DNA from: Selaginella moellendorffii
Taxonomy: Eukaryota; Plantae; Lycopodiophyta
Direction of reading: 5' to 3'
Length of the DNA: 64,000 bases
NCBI RefSeq assembly: GCF_000143415.4
Contig: NW_003314308.1
Coordinates: 886,422-950,421 of the forward strand
Shown here: one piece after another, positions 37,686-50,547 of the stretch
Numbering within the stretch: position 1 is the stretch's first letter
How the letters are laid out: the number at the start of each line of letters is the position of its first letter
The notes under the pieces: generated by a model
What the model saw: only the letters and a program-made list of their open reading frames with translations
The model's database searches: none
Told to the model about the DNA's origin: nothing
Translations under genes and position numbers: made by a program

Positions 37686-38660
37686 ATGTCAGATTTGGAT
37701 TGTGCTATGGATATTGTTCAGTCGTCACCCGCTGAGGATTTGTCTACAGAAACAAATTCTTATGAAGGTTTGGTTTTTCTCTTTATTCCTTAGTATTTCT
37801 TGATTTATTTCTTTTTGGTTTTGTAGTTTCACAAGCAAAGAGGACAAAGTTGACCATCCTAAAAGCCACTATTGCATCACTTGTCTTTGAAAAAGCAAAT
37901 TCAACCAAAATTCTTGAGCTGAAGATTTTATCTACGTATGGTTTTGAAATCGTTTTTTTTTCTGTAGTTTTGATTTGCTTTTTGCCTGCAAAGAACACTC
38001 TGCAAAGTGCAAATTACTTAACTTATATAATGGATTGTACAGATATGCATGGCTTGCAAACTTTAACTATATATGGCAATTCATCCATGTGTGCATGATT
38101 ATAAAATAAATTTATGGCTGGTAAATGTTTCTCACTTACAAGGTTTATAATTTATTTTTTAAAAAAATTAACAAGATTATAATTCTCTCACTTTAGATGG
38201 GTTGAACTACAGAAAAACCCAGTTTACCACCATGGAACTTTAGAAAAAGTTCTTTATATTACAGATTCTTCTATGATTCAAATTAAAGATGATTTTGATG
38301 TTAAATTAAGATTACAACCAACTAGAGGAGCTTCTATATCATCTTTAATGGCTACTAGAGTTTATCCACAAGCTATACATGCTGTTGTAATCAACATTGG
38401 TGTTTTTCCTAAAATAAAGATTGCTTCTTCTAATAATCCTTTGGATGTAACTATGGTAATGTTTTTTTCTATTTAATTTTCTATTTCTAAGATATTTTCA
38501 CAACTCTACATGCATCTGGAGCATGAAGAGCAATATCATCATATTGTAACAGATTTATATGCTGGATATATGCCAAAGTTTTTATTTTTTAATATTATGA
38601 AAAGCATGAGTGTATCAGGTGATTTAGCAACACTTGGAAGTACTTTATTTTTGCCACTAG
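37686..38660 (+). pseudogene. Multi-exon fragment, possibly RPA70-like OB-fold (Helitron-associated)
   Basis: Short exons with ~50-60 bp GT-AG introns. MDCTDMHGLQTLTIYGNS...KFMAGKCFSLT resembles RPA1 DBD-A (D..G.I.at.f.....f..GkvY.i). The similarity is weak. Confidence 0.35.
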
Positions 38661-38689
38661 TTGATTCAAATGAAATTCAGAAGCTCAAT

Positions 38690-39120
38690 GGTTCATTACC
38701 TTTAGTTGTTGATGGAATTGGCCCCCACAAGATGATTTCTTAGATTGTTATAAACATCCTAGCGTTATTAGCAAAGTTGGTTCCTTGCTGTTTTGTCTTT
38801 CATGTCAAGCTCATTGAATAGTCCAGGTTGGAACAAATATCCAAGAGCTATGGAACTAGCAGATGCTAGCCAGAAAGCAAGACTAAAGAGCAATTATGGC
38901 AAAAAAGACAATGCCTGTGTCAAGGAGGTGAAGAAAGTGTACAATGACTAAGGCCTTGCAATGAGTATTTTTCTTAGGTACTTCTCTCTTTAGCTACTGG
39001 TTAATGTAGGTAACTTTCCTAGAGTATGAACAAACAAGCTATAGGAGAATTTTGTGTACTATTGATCAAGAAAAGAGTACTCACTTACAAGTTTGTGGTG
39101 TTTTGGAGTTTATTACTTTC
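38690..39120 (+). pseudogene. FPS: FPS pseudogene, copy B (3' exons only)
   Basis: DDF*DCYKHP, ELADASQKARLKSNYGKKDNACVKEVKKVYND and FLEYEQTSY blocks. Confidence 0.85.
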
Positions 39121-40832
39121 TGAATATAGTTTGATTACCTTGCAAGGAGTTCTATTGTTCTTTCTAGAAAAACATTGCAAGTGCCAAAAGAAGGAGTGTT
39201 TCTTTCGCTGCTCCTTGTTTTTGCCAACTATATGAGTTTGTCATTTTGTTTCATCATTAGTATTGTTATATGTGGAGCATTGACGATGATTTAGCTCTAA
39301 ATATTCTTCACTTTTCTCGTGCTAAATGTGTCCCCATCAAATCCAACAAAAGCTGCATATATTTGCTCATTTGAGGTCTTCTAAATTTTTATTATGACAC
39401 TTTTGGCCATCACAGGGATCAGGTATTTTGGAATATACATACTAACTTCTTGTTCCAGCTATCTTGTTATCATAGGTCATTGATTGAGATCTTCTTGTTT
39501 CATCATGATGTGAGAATTTGTGCTTGTCAGTAAAGTGTTTCCTTTACTTTGAAAATAATCCTACAGCTCAGGAAGGAGCTTCACATCCTCATTCATGGCT
39601 GTCCACAAGTTCCAGGTGAGTGTTCAGCTATGAATCTTTAGCTTCCTCTCAGCCGATGATGGGCTGTGCTATATCACCCCAGATGTTAAGTAGGCCATGG
39701 ATTCCAAGTCCCTCGCCAAGGATTTCAAGTCCCTGGGCTCAACAGCCAGCGCTGGACATTGGCAACAATCCAGTATGAAGCATCAAGCTCTTACTCGGTG
39801 ATCTTGATCCTGACTGGGGGAACTTTTTTTGATCCAGCATCATCCTCCCCTGATTAGGCAGTTGGCTCATTGTTGTAGAATGTGCCCGACACAAACAAGA
39901 TCATCCATTACTAAATGAGCTCGACTTAGTTTTAAGTTATTGCATTAATTTGCTATACAACTTAAATTTTTGTCATTAAGCTTTCCATTGATATTGTAAC
40001 AACAATTTAAGACATAATAGTTTTATAAATTTAAGTTAAAATATGCAGTTATTTTTAGTAGTCATTATTTCTGACTAGCTTTAAAGTCAGAATTAAAAAA
40101 TTTCTTAAGCTGACATTTGCAGTTGCAATTTATGACTAAATTTTAAGTCATTTATAATGGTTATAAAACAAAAAATATAGTCGTTATGTTTAGTAGTTAA
40201 TTGTGACTAAATTTTAAGTCAATTATAATAGTTATAAACCAAAAAATATGTAGTACGACTAAATTTTAAGTCCAAAAATGAAGCTATAAATATAGTGGTA
40301 ATTTAAGTCTATGATCAAATATTAAACATCAATTTCTTTAGCCCCAGGCATACCTGATCCATGTGCCCATTAAAGAGTGATTCCGAGAATCACCATCAAA
40401 GCAAAACTATAAAAACCATTGCTATGGGCTGTCTCTCTTTTGTGTGTGTCGATAAGGTCACAATACACGATCTTTGACGCCTAAAACGCAATGAAAAGAA
40501 TTTTCAAAGAACATAAGCTTCCAGAGTGGACGCACGGAGCATTGCATCGTGGTGAACGACCATTCTCATCTTTGCTCTTCCTCCTAGAATTGAGCCTGAG
40601 AGTTTCTCAACGAGCTCCGGTTTTTTTGGGGGAAGAACCAAATGAGCACTATGTGCTAATGAAAGAAAGAGATTCCGAACAGTGATATTGCTTCCATCAT
40701 GATCGCAAAAACTGGACATCATAACTTTAAAGCGCTGCAGATAATGCGTCCGTACGAGAATCATTTATATGCACTAAACCTTCATGACCTAAAAAAAAGG
40801 TTTCTCGGAAGCGAATCCGGTAAGCAAGAAAT

Positions 40833-42311
40833 ATGGCTAGCATCATCCGTCGGAGTGTGCCGCCGTCGTCTCCACCTCGTCGGGCGGCGCACAGGAGCGT
40901 GCATCCGCCTCGTCCAGGGCACAGGAGCACGACACCGCCCAAAACGAGAGTGCCACCTCCAGGTAGCATGCCGCCCCCCAAACCATCGCCAAGGAGGGCG
41001 AGAGGAGCTCCGCCACCTCACAGCAGCGCCCACAGTCAGGCACCTCCACCAGCACCAGCAGAGCAACACCATGGAGCAGCAAAGCAGCACAGCCATGGAA
41101 GAGCACCACCTCCAAAGCAGGACAGCCATGGAGCACCACCACCTCCACCAACAAGCCATGGAGCAGCAAAGAAGCACCAGCACAGTCCGCCACCAACAAG
41201 CCACGGAGCAGCAAAGCAGCACCAGCACAGTCCGCCACCGCCACCAGCAAGCCACGGAGCAGCAAAGCAGCACAGCCACGGAGGAGGAGCAAAGCAGCAC
41301 CCACCTCCACCAGCAAAGCAGCATACAGGGCCGCCACCTTCTTCCGGGACAACCACTTGGCGACCAAGGAGGTTTGGGCCGCCGCCACCTCCACCAGCAA
41401 AGGAGCATACAGGGCCGCCACCTTCTTCTGGGACAACCACTTGGTGGCCAAGGCCCGCTCATGACACGATAACATGGCAACCAGGGTCGCCTGTCTTTCA
41501 CACGTTTTCATCGCCGCCTCCGCCTGGCCCCTTGTCTATTGCTCCGCCTCTGGGGTCGTCATCATCAACAGCAGCAGCAGCAGCGGCAGCGTTTGCAACA
41601 CCGGGGCTGCTTGTGGCAGGCATCGTCCTTTTCCTGCTTGCTATGGTGGCCATCATCACCGGCATCTGGATACTCGTGAAGGGAAGAAGAAAGAAGGCGA
41701 ACGACATCCTGGTGCGCTACGTCGGGAGCAGCCATCTTCCTGGCGGTGGCAGCAGCAGCAGCGGCAGTCAGCGAGAGTATCTCGTTCCCTTGAGCAAGAT
41801 TGAGGACGCAGAGCTCCGGGACAAGCTCAATTCCTTCGTTCAAGAGAGGAGCAAGCAGCACCTTCGACCGTCGCAGCTAAATCCCAGCACAAAGGTGGCC
41901 AGTCCTCCACTCGCGAGGCCTCCAAGGCGGCTGCCACCTTCGGCTTTTCTCAAGATGAATCCAATCTATGGTGCTGCTACCGATTCGGTTGACGACCGCC
42001 TGACGCCGCCATTGGGACGAGATCCACCAGCAGCGATCCACGGAGTCGACGAGCACAAGAAGGTGCCAAGAGCTTCTCTCCCGGAGGATCCATTCTTGTC
42101 GAGTGCTGCTCGTCGGAGCGGCAATGATCGAAGAGCCCAGGAACAGGCTTTGGATCCAGTGTCTCATCGTGGCACTGTGTTCGATCCTGGAGATGCTTTC
42201 GTTGTTCGGCTTGCGGCAGCAGCGGAGAAGCGAGCTGAGATGGAGAAGCACATGCAAAGGATCACCGGGTTTGGGATGAGGAGGCCCGGCAACAAGCACT
42301 CCCACAGGTAA
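40833..42311 (+). CDS. Pro/His-rich extensin-like single-pass membrane protein, copy 2 (long first exon; likely spliced to a further exon at 42360-42465)
   Basis: 492-aa ORF with SPPP(PP) and SHGAAK repeats, no N-terminal signal peptide, TM GLLVAGIVLFLLAMVAIITGIWILV followed by KGRRKK. The ORF stop overlaps a donor AG|GTAAGT (42308); a 52-bp intron leads to in-frame IREVENLEKPVVEAN. Confidence 0.8.
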   Translation: MASIIRRSVPPSSPPRRAAHRSVHPPRPGHRSTTPPKTRVPPPGSMPPPKPSPRRARGAPPPHSSAHSQAPPPAPAEQHHGAAKQHSHGRAPPPKQDSHGAPPPPPTSHGAAKKHQHSPPPTSHGAAKQHQHSPPPPPASHGAAKQHSHGGGAKQHPPPPAKQHTGPPPSSGTTTWRPRRFGPPPPPPAKEHTGPPPSSGTTTWWPRPAHDTITWQPGSPVFHTFSSPPPPGPLSIAPPLGSSSSTAAAAAAAFATPGLLVAGIVLFLLAMVAIITGIWILVKGRRKKANDILVRYVGSSHLPGGGSSSSGSQREYLVPLSKIEDAELRDKLNSFVQERSKQHLRPSQLNPSTKVASPPLARPPRRLPPSAFLKMNPIYGAATDSVDDRLTPPLGRDPPAAIHGVDEHKKVPRASLPEDPFLSSAARRSGNDRRAQEQALDPVSHRGTVFDPGDAFVVRLAAAAEKRAEMEKHMQRITGFGMRRPGNKHSHR

Positions 42312-45300
42312 GTCTTCATGCTTGAGAGATAGAACAAGTGACCAATGGAGCACTTTTAGGATCCGTGAGGTGGAGAATCTGGAGAAGCCCGTGGTTGAGG
42401 CAAATCACTCGGCCAATTCTGGAGGTTCGCATTTGGCTGCTTGTGTACACGACTCAGATGCCAAGGTAAACAGTCTCCATGCCTCGAGTTAAAGTATAAC
42501 TTCTGCTTGAACTAGCCTTCCACCTTGGAGGTTAAGCTTGAGCTTGACGGAGCTTAGAGCGAAAGGAGGTACGCTTTTCGGTCGTTTTGGACTGATGATA
42601 CGCTTGAGGTTGCAGGCACAGAATGAAGATTCATGAAACAAATCACTTCGGTTTTTTTAAACCGCAACAGGCAAAGGCAGGTCCGTGGTATTGAATCAAA
42701 ATTATAACAGATGGAGAAGTGTGGAGGCATTTGAATTAGGAGATTATGATTTGCAAGTCTCAAACAAGGCAACAAGACAACAACTTTTCATTAAGACAAC
42801 AGAGAGATATTGAATTGGGAGATTATATTGCAAGTCTCAAAAAAACACTTTGGACATTTAATTTCCTGTTTTTAAAAATATAAACTTTCAATAACATTTC
42901 TTATCGTAAGTAGTAGTCATAGCAGTCAACGTTAGTCACTATTTCTTTACCAGCTTTATAAGCACATCAATGAATTCATTAGAATGAGCTCATTAGAACA
43001 GTAATGAGACAGCGTTGACTGATAGTAGTCAGCGTTAGTCCACTGTACTAACGAAAATTCGCAGCTCAAGTCACACCATGATAATCAATCAATCCATCAT
43101 GGATAATGGATTGGAGGTCTTGAAAGCGAGGCTACTCTCAGCCACATTCTCTGTGAAACAGAACCTCAAACAAGGCAGGAGCTGCACGCTTAGCTTTCCA
43201 CCCCCCATCTTGAGCTTGCCACTGCTGCTACTCTTGTTCACTCCTTGCGCCTTGGCATTGCTTGCGGGAGCCTGGGCTTTCCATGTTTCCGGGACACTAG
43301 CCGTGGTAGCTTTCTTCCACTTCTTCACATCCACCATTGCCTTTTCTTTCTTCTTCTTTTCTTCCTCTGGTTCCAGAGTCATTGCAACCTCGTCAAGCTC
43401 CTCTTCCTCGTCAAGAACAGAAGCACGTGTTCTTGATGTTGTCCTTGCCCTTGATCTTGTTATCTTCCAACTCCTTCAAGTGGAGAAGCTTCTGGCCGCC
43501 CGACCCCGTCCTGATGCCTATGAGCAGCTCCAGCAAAGTCCAGGAAAGTTTCCAGTTTCTTGAAGCCATACCACGCGTGATCCAGTGTAGTGCTCCTGGA
43601 AGTCCCCCTTGAGCCTCACCAGAGGATAGTCAGATTTGCATCTTGGGATGTTGTCAAGCAGAAAATCTTTTCAGTTGGCTCTCATCTTCGCTGGGAAGTT
43701 GACAGTAGTACCCTTTGGCAATGGCTGCTCCCTCCAGAGGAGCCTGTGCCATCTCCCTCGAGGCTGTCAAGGAGGCTATCTTTGTTGTGGAAGTGAGTAC
43801 TATACTCCTTACTAAAGATGCTCAAGCTTAACCACAACACTAGTTTTCTTTCCATACATGGTTTTTTTTTAGTTTTTATATAGGTTTCAGGTAGCTATTA
43901 CACAAATTTGCTATGTAGCAACATTTAATTTTCTTAATAGTAGTATTATTCTTACTTATTAATCCAAATGATTATAATTATAAACATATTTATAATTTAT
44001 AAACACAAGATTAATCATATTGCATATCAACCATTAGATGGGAGAATAAAAAAGAATATACTAAAAAGTGTTTAAGAAAGTTTATAAATTATAAACAAGT
44101 TTATAATTATAAATACAAGATTAATCTAAATGAATAACAACCATTAGATGGTAGAATATCTTAGAATATCCAAGGATATTCTAAGTATATTCACTATCAT
44201 TCCAGTCCCCCTTAAGCAAACCAAAAATGGTATGGTTCCAATAGTGGTATATAAAAGCTAAAAAATATAAGTAACTGAGATAAATTGTTTATACAAAAAT
44301 ATTTGATTATTTTTCTAATTTTAACATTTATTTTCAGATTAATGTTTGGCATAAATATAGTTGATTTTTATAAATGAAAATTTTAAAAAGTTTATTTACT
44401 TTTTACCACTTTTTTGTAACAATCTCCCACATATATGGTTTTTCAGCCATATATAACATTGATTCTTTCAAAGCATACTTGTAAAATTGGAATTGAAATA
44501 AAAAATTTTAGCACTACCATGATATAGTTATAAAATTAGTTTTCCATGTTGTTTCTAAGTCCTCACTTCATGAATTCATGATAGAAGTAGAAGAGATAAA
44601 TAGTTCAATTTGCAATATATTTTGGTGTTGAGTTTATAAGCAACATCAGAAAAGTATAGAATATAGAAAGTTATAGGCACTTTATTTGTTTTCCTTTCTT
44701 TCATTTATTATTATGTTTACTCCACCAAACATATTTGGCTATTTAAGCTAGGCAAGGATTATTTACTCTTCTCTAAGGCTATAAAGTTTTGGAGAAAATC
44801 CAACTTGTGTCCTTACATATCTAACATATTAGTTGTGTTTACAGGTGTTTTTAATCTGATTTTAGTATTTTGTTGTTTACGTATGCAATATTATTATATA
44901 TTGCTAAAATTTACCATTGCATCCACTATAATATTTACACAATTTTGAGATGTTGTAAGCTAAATATATTTAGCTTACAACATGTCAAAATTGCGTGGAT
45001 ATTATAAGGATGGTTATAAAAAAATATTTCTCCACAAATAGTAGTGACTCTAATGAGATTGAAAGGGCTATTTAGGGGATTTCATGACTACATTGCAAGT
45101 GTTTGTGTTGTCATTAGACTTCCTCAAGAAAATTGAGAGTGAGACATTTTAGAGCTTCAAGGCAAGAATAGAGGATGCAATCTAGACATAAAAAATTCTT
45201 GAAAAAATGGAAGAGCCAAAAGAGGAGCAAGTATGTGGCAAAAGGGGGGCTCATATAAAACAAAAGCACTTTATAGGAAAATAGCACTAGTTGCTCATAG

Positions 45301-46079
45301 TTGTAGAATTCACTTGCCAATAAAGCATACATAGTCGAGCAATAATCAATATAAATTTTGAGGGGCAAAACGTACTTAAAGCATTTTTAGAATCTCCTAC
45401 CAATTTTACCTATGCATTAGGAACAATTAAAGGTATTCCCCAATTACCAAATAGCATACCAAGTTGATTAAGCAACCTTAAATTGGTTCTATTTATTTAT
45501 AATGTTGATTCTTTTTAGGATGGCATTTCATGTCCTCGGCACTGAAGAAAGGTATCTAAATTTTATTTTATTTCTCAAAAACTAAACATTTTAAGAGATG
45601 TATTGGCATAAGTGTTGCACAAAGGCTATTCAAGACAAAGATGAGCTAATAGATAACCCACTCCCTAGTGTAAGTGATTTAATTTTTCATAATATTTTTC
45701 ACCTATTAACTCTCAACATCTTTTGCTAGGATGAAGAAAATGAGGAAACTAATGAAAAGGTATCCTTTTCATAGTATTTATAATTATTTAACTGTTCTTT
45801 ACGTAGGCTTGGAGTGAATCACATGGCAATTCATGTTTACTATATTTTCAATATCCTTTCTAGAACCTGAGGAGGGAGAAACTACCATACTATTCCAAAA
45901 AATGATAATAATTATGAGGAAATAAAGTATGAAATGATGAATAGTTTGATTCATTAGCTAGATATATAGATTAATATTGCCAATCTTATCTTACAAATAG
46001 AGGTGTACAAAAGGTAGTTTTTAGAGCTCTCAGAAGTGTGTTTTTCTATTAGAAGTGGATAAATTATAGAAATGTTTAG

Positions 46080-47245
46080 AAAATTAAATCAAGGTCTCTC
46101 AATGATTGACAATTTGGTGTTACTCAAGTCCAAAGATGAGCTCTCCCAGGATGAAATCAAGCAAGCATTTGCTCTTGGATGGTGTATTGAATGGGTAAGT
46201 TCTTGCATCAATTGGTAAAGATTTTCTAAACAATTTTGGTTTCTGCTTTTTGCTTTTCCATGCAAAGCTACAAGTTTACTTCCTAGTAATGGATGATATA
46301 ATGGATGATTCATACAACAGTACGTGAATTTTATTGATGAGCTATGATACAATCTTCCTTTGTGATTAGGTGGGTATCATTGCTGTGAATAATGCATTAT
46401 TGCTTATAAACCATGTACCTAAGATTTTGAGGAAGTATTTCCATAGTCAGTGGTACTACTTTGATCTCCATGAACTTTTCGATGAGGTGTGTTGATCTGA
46501 TTACATTGCAAACCAGCCAGGAAGGTTGATTTGTCCAAATACATGATGGAAATGTAAGTTTTATTCGATTCCATAAATATCCATAATGTTTGTCTGTGCA
46601 ACTATCTCAGGATTGTGAAGTTCAAGACAGTGTTTTATTCTTTCTATCTTCCGGTAAGCAAGAGTGACATTATAAATCAAGTCATTGAAGTCATATGAGA
46701 ATACATGTTGCTTGTGTTTGGTATATGTCAGACAAGAGTGACAACTCCAAGTTTGAATCTGTGAAAAAAATACTACTACAACTGGGAACCTATTTTAAAA
46801 TTCAGGTCCTTGTGGTTCATTACCTTTGGTTGTTGATGGAATTGGCCCCTGCAAGATGATTTCTTAGATTGTTATAAACATCCTAACGTTATTAGCAAGG
46901 TTGGTTCCTTGCTGTTTTGTCCTTCATATCAAGCTCATTGAATAGTCCAGGTTGGAACAAATATCCAAGAGCTATTGAACTAGCAGATGCTAGCCAGAAA
47001 GCAAGACTAAAGAGCAATTATGGCAAAAANNNNNNNNNNNNNNNNNNNNNNNNNNNNNNNNNNNNNNNNNNNNNNNNNNNNNNNNNNNNNNNNNNNNNNN
47101 NNNNNNNNNNNNNNNNNNNNNNNNNNNNNTGTAGGTAGCTTTCCTAGAGTATGAACAAACAAGCTATAGGAGAATTTTGTGTACTATTGATCAAGAAAAG
47201 AGTACTCACTTACAAGTTTGTGGTGTTTTGGAGTTTATTACTTTC
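46080..47245 (+). pseudogene. FPS: FPS pseudogene, copy C (spans a 100-N gap)
   Basis: ALGWCIEW|GTAAG, YFLVMDDIMDDS (first Asp-rich motif), QDDFLDCY (second Asp-rich motif). Internal TAG near 46444. Confidence 0.9.
47030..47129. other. Assembly gap (100 N)
   Basis: Run of N. Confidence 1.
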
Positions 47246-48329
47246 TGAATACAGTTTGATTACCTTGCAAAGAGTTCTGTTGTTCTTTCTAGAAAAACAT
47301 TGCAAGTGCCAAAAGAAGGAGTGCTTCTTTCGCTGCTCCTTGTTTCTGCCAACTATTATATAAGTTTGTCATTTTGTTTCATCATTAGTATTGTCATATG
47401 TGGAGCATTGACGATGATTTAGCTCTAAATATTCTTCACTTTTCTCATGCTAAATGTGTCCCCATCAAATCCAACAAAAACTGCATATATCTGCTCATTT
47501 GAGGTCTTCTAAATTTTTATTATGACACTTTTGGCCATCACAAGGATTGGGTATTTTGGAATATACATACTAACTTCTTGTTCTAGCTATCTTGTTATCA
47601 TAGGTGTGCTATGTCACCCCAGATGATGGGTTGTGCTATGTCACCCCAGACGTTAAGCAGGCCATGGATTCCAAGTCCCTCGCCAAGGCCTTCTTCCACG
47701 TCTATAGCATCTTCTCCACAAACATCAAGCAAGGTGTCTATGGCAGGATCGCGTACGTGTGGAAGAATTTTGGCATCGATTATGTGTCACAAGCTCAGTG
47801 GCTAGGGCTGGACACTCCCAATTGAGTATGAGTTCCCAGTAGCATCAAGCTTACCTGGGCTCAGCAGCCAACGCTGGACATTGGCAACAATCCAGTATGA
47901 AGCATCAAGCTCCTATTAGGTGATCCAGATCCTGATTGGGGGAACTCCTTTCGATCTAGCATCATCCTCCCCCAATCAGGCAGTTGGCTCATTGTTGTAG
48001 AATGTGCCTGACACAAACAAGATCGTCCATTACTACATGAGCCTGACTTAGTTTTATACAACTTTTTGTCATTAAGCTTTCCATTGATATTGTAACTACA
48101 ATTTAAGACACAAATTTAAGTTAAAATATGCAGTTATTTTTAGTAGTCATTATTTCTTACTAGCTTTAAAGTCAGAAGTAAAAAATTTCTTAAGTTGACA
48201 TTTGCAGTTCCAATTTATGACAAAAATTTTAAGTCGTTTCTAATGGTTATAAAACAAAAAATATAGTTGTTATGTTTAGTAGTTATTTGTGACTAAATTT
48301 TAAGTCAATTATAATAGTTATAAACCAAA

Positions 48330-48663
48330 TAAATTGCTATGCATTGCATGTAGCAACGCTTGGTTTGCTTAATGGTAGTTTTATTATTACTTATTAATCT
48401 AATTGATCAAATAAATTTTATAATTATAAGCATGTTTGTAATTTATAAACACAAGATTAATCTTATTGCATATCAAGATGATAGAATAAAAAAGAATATA
48501 CTAGAAAGGGTTTAGGAAAGTTTATAAATTATAAACATGTTTATAAATTATAAATACCAGATTAATCTAAATGAATACCAACCGTTAGATGGTAGAATAT
48601 CCTAGAATATCCAAGCATATTCTAGGTATATTCACTACCAATAGGTTTGCTTAAGCAAACCAA
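48330..48663 (-). mobile_element. Helentron/Helitron2-associated non-autonomous element (HINE-like)
   Basis: Absent from the paralogous empty site at ~40236 (AAACCAAAAAATATGTAG). Asymmetric inverted repeats TTGGTTTGCTTAA (48360-48372) and TTAAGCAAACCAA (48651-48663). Terminal palindrome GGTTTGCTTAAGCAAACC. Stem-loop TTGCTA..TAGCAA (48334-48356). Inserted in a T-run with no TSD. Relatives at ~26510-26840, 33965-34295, 36527-36685, 43903-44225 and 52255-52832. Confidence 0.7.
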
Positions 48664-49275
48664 AAATATGTAGTACGACTAAATTTTAAGTCCAAAAATG
48701 AAGCTATAAATATAGTGGTAATTTAAGTCTATGATCAAATATTAAACATCAATTTCTTTAGCCCCAGGCATACCTGATCCATGTGCCCATTAAAGAGTGA
48801 TTCCAAGAATCACCATCAAAGCAAATTCAACTGTAAAAACCATTGCTATGGGCTGTCTCTCTTTTGTGTGTGTCGATAAGGTCACAATACACGATCTTTG
48901 ACGCCTAAAACGCAATGAAAAGAATTTTCAAAGAACATAAGCTTCCAGAGTGGAGATTTTGATCAAATTCTTACACACGGAGCATTGCATCGTGGTGAAC
49001 GACCATTCTCATCTTTGCTCTTCCTCTTAGAATTGAGCCTGAGAGTTTATCAACGAGCTCCGGTTTTTTTTGGGGAAGAACCAAATGAGCATTATGTGCT
49101 AATGAAAGAAAGAGATTTCGAACAGTGATATTGCTTCCATCATGATCGCAAAAACTGGACATCATAACTTTAAAGCGCTGCAGATAATGCGTCCGTACGA
49201 GAATCATTTATATGCACTAAACCTTCATGACCTAAAAAAAAGGTTTCTCGGAAGCGAATCCGGTAAGCAAGAAAT

Positions 49276-50547
49276 ATGGCTAGCATCATCCGTCGGAGTG
49301 TGCCGCCGTCGTCTCCACCTCGTCGGGCGGCGCACAGGAGCGTGCATCCGCCTCGTCCAGGGCACAGGAGCACGACACCGCCCAAAACGAGAGTGCCACC
49401 TCCAGGTAGCATGCCGCCCCCCAAACCATCGCCAAGGAGGGCGAGAGGAGCTCCGCCACCTCACAGCAGCGCCCACAGTCAGGCACCTCCACCAGCACCA
49501 GCAGAGCAACACCATGGAGCAGCAAAGCAGCACAGCCATGGAAGAGCACCACCTCCAAAGCAGGACAGCCATGGAGCACCACCACCTCCACCAACAAGCC
49601 ATGGAGCAGCAAAGAAGCACCAGCACAGTCCGCCACCAACAAGCCACGGAGCAGCAAAGCAGCACCAGCACAGTCCGCCACCGCCACCAGCAAGCCACGG
49701 AGCAGCAAAGCAGCACAGCCACGGAGGAGGAGCAAAGCAGCACCCACCTCCACCAGCAAAGCAGCATACAGGGCCGCCACCTTCTTCCGGGACAACCACT
49801 TGGCGACCAAGGAGGTTTGGGCCGCCGCCACCTCCACCAGCAAAGGAGCATACAGGGCCGCCACCTTCTTCTGGGACAACCACTTGGTGGCCAAGGCCCG
49901 CTCATGACACAGCTGCGACGGTCGAAGGTGCTGCTTGCTCCTCTCTTGAACGAAGGAATTGAGCTTGTCCCGGAGCTCTGCGTCCTCAATCTTGCTCAAG
50001 GGAACGAGATACTCTCGCTGACTGCCGCTGCTGCTGCTGCCACCGCCAGGAAGATGGCTGCTCCCGACGTAGCGCACCAGGATGTCATTCGCCTTCTTTC
50101 TTCTTCCCTTCACGAGTATCCAGATGCCAGTGATGATGGCCACCATAGCAAGCAGGAAAAGGACGATGCCTGCCACAAGCAGCCCCGGTGTCGCAAACGC
50201 TGCCGCTGCTGCTGCTGCTGCTGTTGATGATGATGACGACCCCAGAGGCGGAGCAATAGACAAGGGGCCAGGCGGAGGCGGCGATGAAAACGTGTGAAAG
50301 ACAGGCGACCCTGGTTGCCATGTTATCAAATCCCAGCACAAAGGTGCCCAGTCCTCCACTCGCGAGGCCTCCAGGCGGCTGCCACCTTCGGCTTTTCTCA
50401 AGACGAATCCAATCTATGGTGCTGCTACCGATTCGGTTGACGACCGCCTGACGCCGCCATTGGGACGAGATCCACCAGCAGCGATCCACGGAGTCGACGA
50501 GCACAAGAAGGTGCCAAGAGCTTCTCTCCCGGAGGATCCATTCTTGT
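49276..50547 (+). pseudogene. Pro/His-rich membrane protein gene, copy 3, disrupted by an internal 417-bp inversion; 3' part in gap
   Basis: Matches copy 2 up to 49910. 49911-50327 is the reverse complement of the TM-encoding segment. Collinearity resumes at 50328. Confidence 0.85.

Noticed and set aside
39026-39235. Recurrent ORF MNKQAIGEFCVLLIKK as an independent gene
   Set aside because: It is an off-frame reading of the last FPS exon (FLEYEQTSY...) plus 3' sequence, conserved only because of recent duplication.
46080-47245. Functional FPS / terpenoid biosynthetic gene cluster
   Set aside because: All five copies lack the 5' exons and carry stops or deletions (the RRG motif after the first DDxxD is not evident). 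No terpene synthase or P450 was recognised.
49286-50401. 371-aa minus-strand gene
   Set aside because: A chimeric frame created by the 49911-50327 inversion, starting at a non-ATG codon.
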